This document shows, piece by piece, positions 60,301 to 64,000 of a stretch of 64,000 nt of DNA; position 1 is the stretch's first letter, and each line of letters opens with the position of its first letter. The notes beneath the pieces are model-generated. The model was not told the origin of the DNA, ran no database searches, and saw nothing but the letters and a program-made list of their open reading frames with translations. The DNA lies in contig OZ240241.1 of the NCBI GenBank assembly GCA_965198115.1, forward strand, positions 4,704,001-4,768,000. The letters are read 5' to 3'. The stretch comes from Candidatus Latescibacterota bacterium. GTDB taxonomy: Bacteria; Latescibacterota; UBA2968. The position numbers and the translations under genes are program-made.

Positions 60301-63300
60301 CGTCAGCATCGATCCGGCCGGAAACATCAGCACCGTTGACGGCGGCGCGTTCAATACGTCGGCCGAGCCCGACACGACGCCACCCCGGCTGATCGTTGCG
60401 GCTACCGTGACGGAAATCAGGTCCGACGGGTTCACCGTTTTCTGGGAGACCGACGAACCTGCCACCACCGAACTGCTCCGGGAGCGCGTGGTCACGGGCA
60501 ACGACCCGACCCCGGGCGATCCGATCCGCCGGATCGTGGAAGATCTGGTTCAAAGCCACAACATCTCCCTCTTTGGTCTGATCCCGGACTCGGACTACCG
60601 GCTCACCATCCGATCTCTGGATGCGACCGGCAATGAATTCATCGCTGTGCTTCCGGTCGTGCATACCGCGCTGGAGTCCGACGTCGATCCGCCGGTCATA
60701 ACCGTGCATCCCTTCGTCCTCGGGCTCTCGGAAGCGACAGCTCAGATCGCCTGGCGCACCGACGAGCCGGCCACCGGCTTTGTCGAGTTCGATGTGCTTG
60801 CCGATTTTTCAACCTCGCGAACCGTCGGCTCAACGAGACCCGTCAGTAACCACGTCATCACATTGACTGGCCTGGAACCACAAACTCGACATTTCTACCG
60901 AACCCTGTCGGCAGACATCTCGGACAACGGTCCAAACGTCTTCCCCGCGATCGAGAGCGATCCTCTCGAATTCACAACCCTGGCGACACCCGATGTGACC
61001 CCACCCGAAATCGCGGAGGGACCCTTCGTCCTGTCGAAAGACGATGCCTCGGTCACCCTGAAGTTGGTGACGAGCGAACTGGCACGGACCCTATTCGTCT
61101 TCGGGACCGACCCGGAGGACCTGTCGCGCAGCCTGTCGGCGCCCGAGTTCACGATCGAACACATCGAAACGCTGACCGGTCTCGACCCGGCCACCGAATA
61201 CCACTACCAGGTCCACGCCTTCGACGTAGCAGACAATGGGCCTGCTATCAGCGTCATCCGGACCGTCGCGACCGACGACGTTCCCGATACGCGTCCACCG
61301 GTGATCATAAGCGGCCCATCGTCAGATGTGACAGCAACGACCGCCTCGATCGTCTGGGCTACGGACGAAGTGACTAACTCCCTCGTCTTACTCGAAGGGC
61401 GACAGGTTGCGGGCGATCCGAAGACCGAAGGGCATCGGGTACTGGTCACCAATCTGGCACCGGAAACGAGGCATTCCTACATCGTCATCTCAGCCGATCC
61501 TGCCGGAAACGAGTCCCGTAGTATCGAAAAGTTTTTCCGCACGCAAGCCGAGCCCGACATTGAACCGCCCATTGTCCTAGAGGGACCGTCTATCCCCTAC
61601 CTGTCAGATAGGCAAGTCACCTTCTGCCTTCTGACCAATGAGCCCTCGAGCACAGAACTCGTCGTGGGAACGGAAGAGGACTTCGTGACGCGGCCTCTGC
61701 CGTCGGTTGTCCGCAGAGACCTGAAACGATTCCGCTGCATCACGATGGGCGGGTTTGGAAGTGGAATGCCGCACCTCTTCCGGATCGTGGCGACCGATGG
61801 AGCAGGCAACCAGACGGTCATCGGGGATCCGCGGGGCTTCACACGGAAAGCCGGCGTCGTCACGAAGTTCCTCCAGGTACCGGGTGGGACCGGCAGCTTC
61901 GTCACAACGACCGAAGAGGATACGCAGAGACCCGCCATCCTCCGGGGTCCGCACGCCGTGGCCTCCACCACGACGACGCTCACCATCGAGTGGGAGACCG
62001 ACGAAAGCAGCGACAGCGGCATCGACTTCGGGATCGACGACATGGGCTTTCGCGTGGAAGCGGGCGAAGACGTCCTCGTCCACCGGATGGTCATCACCAA
62101 CCTGCTGCCTGGAACGACCTATCAGTATCAGGTCGGCTCGACAGACCCTGCGGGCAACGCTTCTACGAAAGGCATCTTCCTGGCCAGAACGGCGGCCGTC
62201 GAGGATCAGGCGGCCCCGCGGATCGTGGCTCCTCCATCGGTCATCTACCTGACCGAACGAAGTGCCGCGCTCGCCTGGCAGACGGACGAGGCTGCGGAGA
62301 CCTTTGTCGAATTCGGAACCGAAGATTTCGATAAGCAGATTGCGACACCCGACTTCGTCACCGACCATCGGATCACTCTCACGAATCTCGCGCCGTCCAC
62401 CACCTATCGTTACCGCGTCCAGGCCACCGTCCGCTGGCAGACCAACGAGCTGTCGGACAGCGCCGTCCGGTTCGGCGTGGGGACGGACCTCGGCTTCGAG
62501 GCGTTAGGCCTGATCGTCGGTTCCGCCCGCGATGTCATGAACCACGAAGTCCATCTTACGAATCTCGAGCCCGACACCGACTACGGCTTCGCCGTCCAAT
62601 CCGTCGACCGAAGCGGGAACGGTCCTACGACCTCCGACGTCTTCTTCTTCCGAACGACCGACGCGGCCGACGAATCGCCCCCATCGGTTCCGGCCGACCT
62701 TCGCGTACGCGCTGCCGAAGGCGAAGTCGTCGTCGCGTGGACCCCGGTTTCCGATTCGGACGTCGCCGGCTACGACATCCTGCGAGCGATCGGCGAGGAC
62801 GATCTGACTGAAGTGGTCACCCTCGTGCCCGGCCCCGAATACAGAGACGATGGACTCGACCCGGACCTCACCTACCGCTATGCGGTCCGGGCGGTCGATG
62901 CCGCGGCGAACGCCAGCGAGCTATCGGCCATCATCGAAGCCACGCCCGACGGATCGGGCCGGCCTTCCGCGCCTTCACCCTTGCCCCCATCCGGAGAAGG
63001 ACCCCTCCTCCAAGTCGGCAACGCCGAAAGCGAGGCCAACCTCACCTACAACTTCGAAGTCGCGCTCGACGAGGGCTTCGAAGAGATCGTCGCGCAGGCG
63101 TCCGGCATCCCCGAAGGTACCGGCGGCCTGCAGACGAATGTCACCGGCTGGCGGGTGGATGTAGCCCTCGAAGCCGAGCAGACCTACTTCTGGCGCGCCT
63201 GGGCTTTTGACGGGGTCTTCGACGGAGCCTTTTCGGCAGTGGGCGAGTTTGTTGCGGGAGAAGTCGCCATCGCCAACCCGGGAGACATCGACGGAGATCT

Positions 63301-63463
63301 CACCGTCGGGTTCACCGACTTCCTCGTTTTCGCGAGTGCCTTCGGATCAGCAATCGGAGAGGATCGCTTCGTGCCCCTACTCGATTTAAGTGGAGATGGT
63401 CGGATCGATTTTTCCGACTTCCTGCAGTTCGCGATGCTGTTCGGAACGGCCTACACCGGGTAG
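57393..63463 (+). CDS. Giant secreted protein: cadherin/Ig-like domains, poly-Pro linker, about 13 FN3-like repeats, C-terminal dockerin/EF-hand-like motif; frameshift near 59010
   Basis: Signal peptide; TNED, DADGDPL, VNDAP; P12 run; repeated DTTPP..W.TDE..H..LTGL.P.T.Y..D.AGN; terminal DIDGDLTVGFTDF..DLSGDGRIDFSDF. Confidence 0.88.
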
Positions 63464-63731
63464 TGTGGCGTGGCCGTAGCCCCCGAGATGGGCCCGAGGT
63501 CAAAGCTTGCTATCGGATGTCATTCAGGATGGACCTGAGAAGCTGAGCGGGGGAGGAGAGAGCGGGAGAATGCGAAAGGCGTTACTACTGAAGATGATCG
63601 AAATTTCTTTTATATCTCCTGAGCGATGGTCTCAACCGGTTCTCATCGACGTTGCGTATGGTGGACGTAGAGCACCAGCAGATCACTTCCCCGAATAGGG
63701 CCACGATCGTCAGGCTTCCACACATTCGTGT

Positions 63732-64000
63732 TCATTTGTGGTTCCCTGCCTTCAGGTCTTCCAGCTTGTTCGCTTCGTTCGTCAACACCACATCGATGCC
63801 CATCTCGACGTAGGCTCGCGCGTCTTCCAACTCGTCCGACCAGAACAGATTGTTGATCAGACCCTCTTCGTGCGCGTGGGCAGCCCCCTCTGCTGTCACC
63901 TTCCGCGAGAACTGAAGCCGGGAACACGCATACTTCAGCGAACGATCGATCTGTTCGTCCGGTGTGCTTTGAGCACACAGACAGCAGCGTGTCACATCGG
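63732..64000 (-). CDS. Glycerophosphodiester phosphodiesterase family, C-terminal fragment
   Basis: AH..GL..N.FW.D..MGIDVVLTN terminal barrel motif; runs off the window. Confidence 0.65.
   Translation of the reverse strand, partial: DVTRCCLCAQSTPDEQIDRSLKYACSRLQFSRKVTAEGAAHAHEEGLINNLFWSDELEDARAYVEMGIDVVLTNEANKLEDLKAGNHK

Noticed and set aside
1-64000. CRISPR array, tRNA or rRNA genes
   Set aside because: No regularly spaced identical repeats with unique spacers, no cas-like ORFs, and no cloverleaf or rRNA signatures were seen by eye.

Overview
GC-rich bacterial chromosomal segment of about 50 genes, mostly accessory or catabolic: 3 Cys-type sulfatases, 3 PhyH-type dioxygenases, several APH/choline-kinase-fold proteins, ankyrin/TPR/FG-GAP repeat proteins, a haloacetate dehalogenase, class I fumarase and a DEAD-box helicase. 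This content, plus a giant surface protein ending in a dockerin-like motif, is reminiscent of Latescibacterota/Poribacteria-type genomes (inference only). Six IS elements are resolved to their ends: 2x IS256, an IS3/IS481-like element with an unusual 15-bp target duplication, ISAzo13 carrying an ISL3 nested in its right inverted repeat, and IS630. Three host genes are disrupted by them. About 14 single frameshifts suggest an unpolished long-read assembly. Most notable are (1) a translationally coupled operon of three paralogous ribbon-helix-helix antitoxins followed by one VapC/PIN toxin, with a phased operator pair over its promoter; (2) a nested CGTC-type palindromic repeat inserted in frame into a multiheme cytochrome gene; (3) a structured, terminator-containing leader before a beta-helix/S74-chaperone gene coupled to a giant FN3 surface protein; (4) an ECF sigma factor fused to an apparent pseudokinase. 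No rRNA, tRNA or CRISPR array was seen. Family assignments come from motif recognition by eye, not from database searches.
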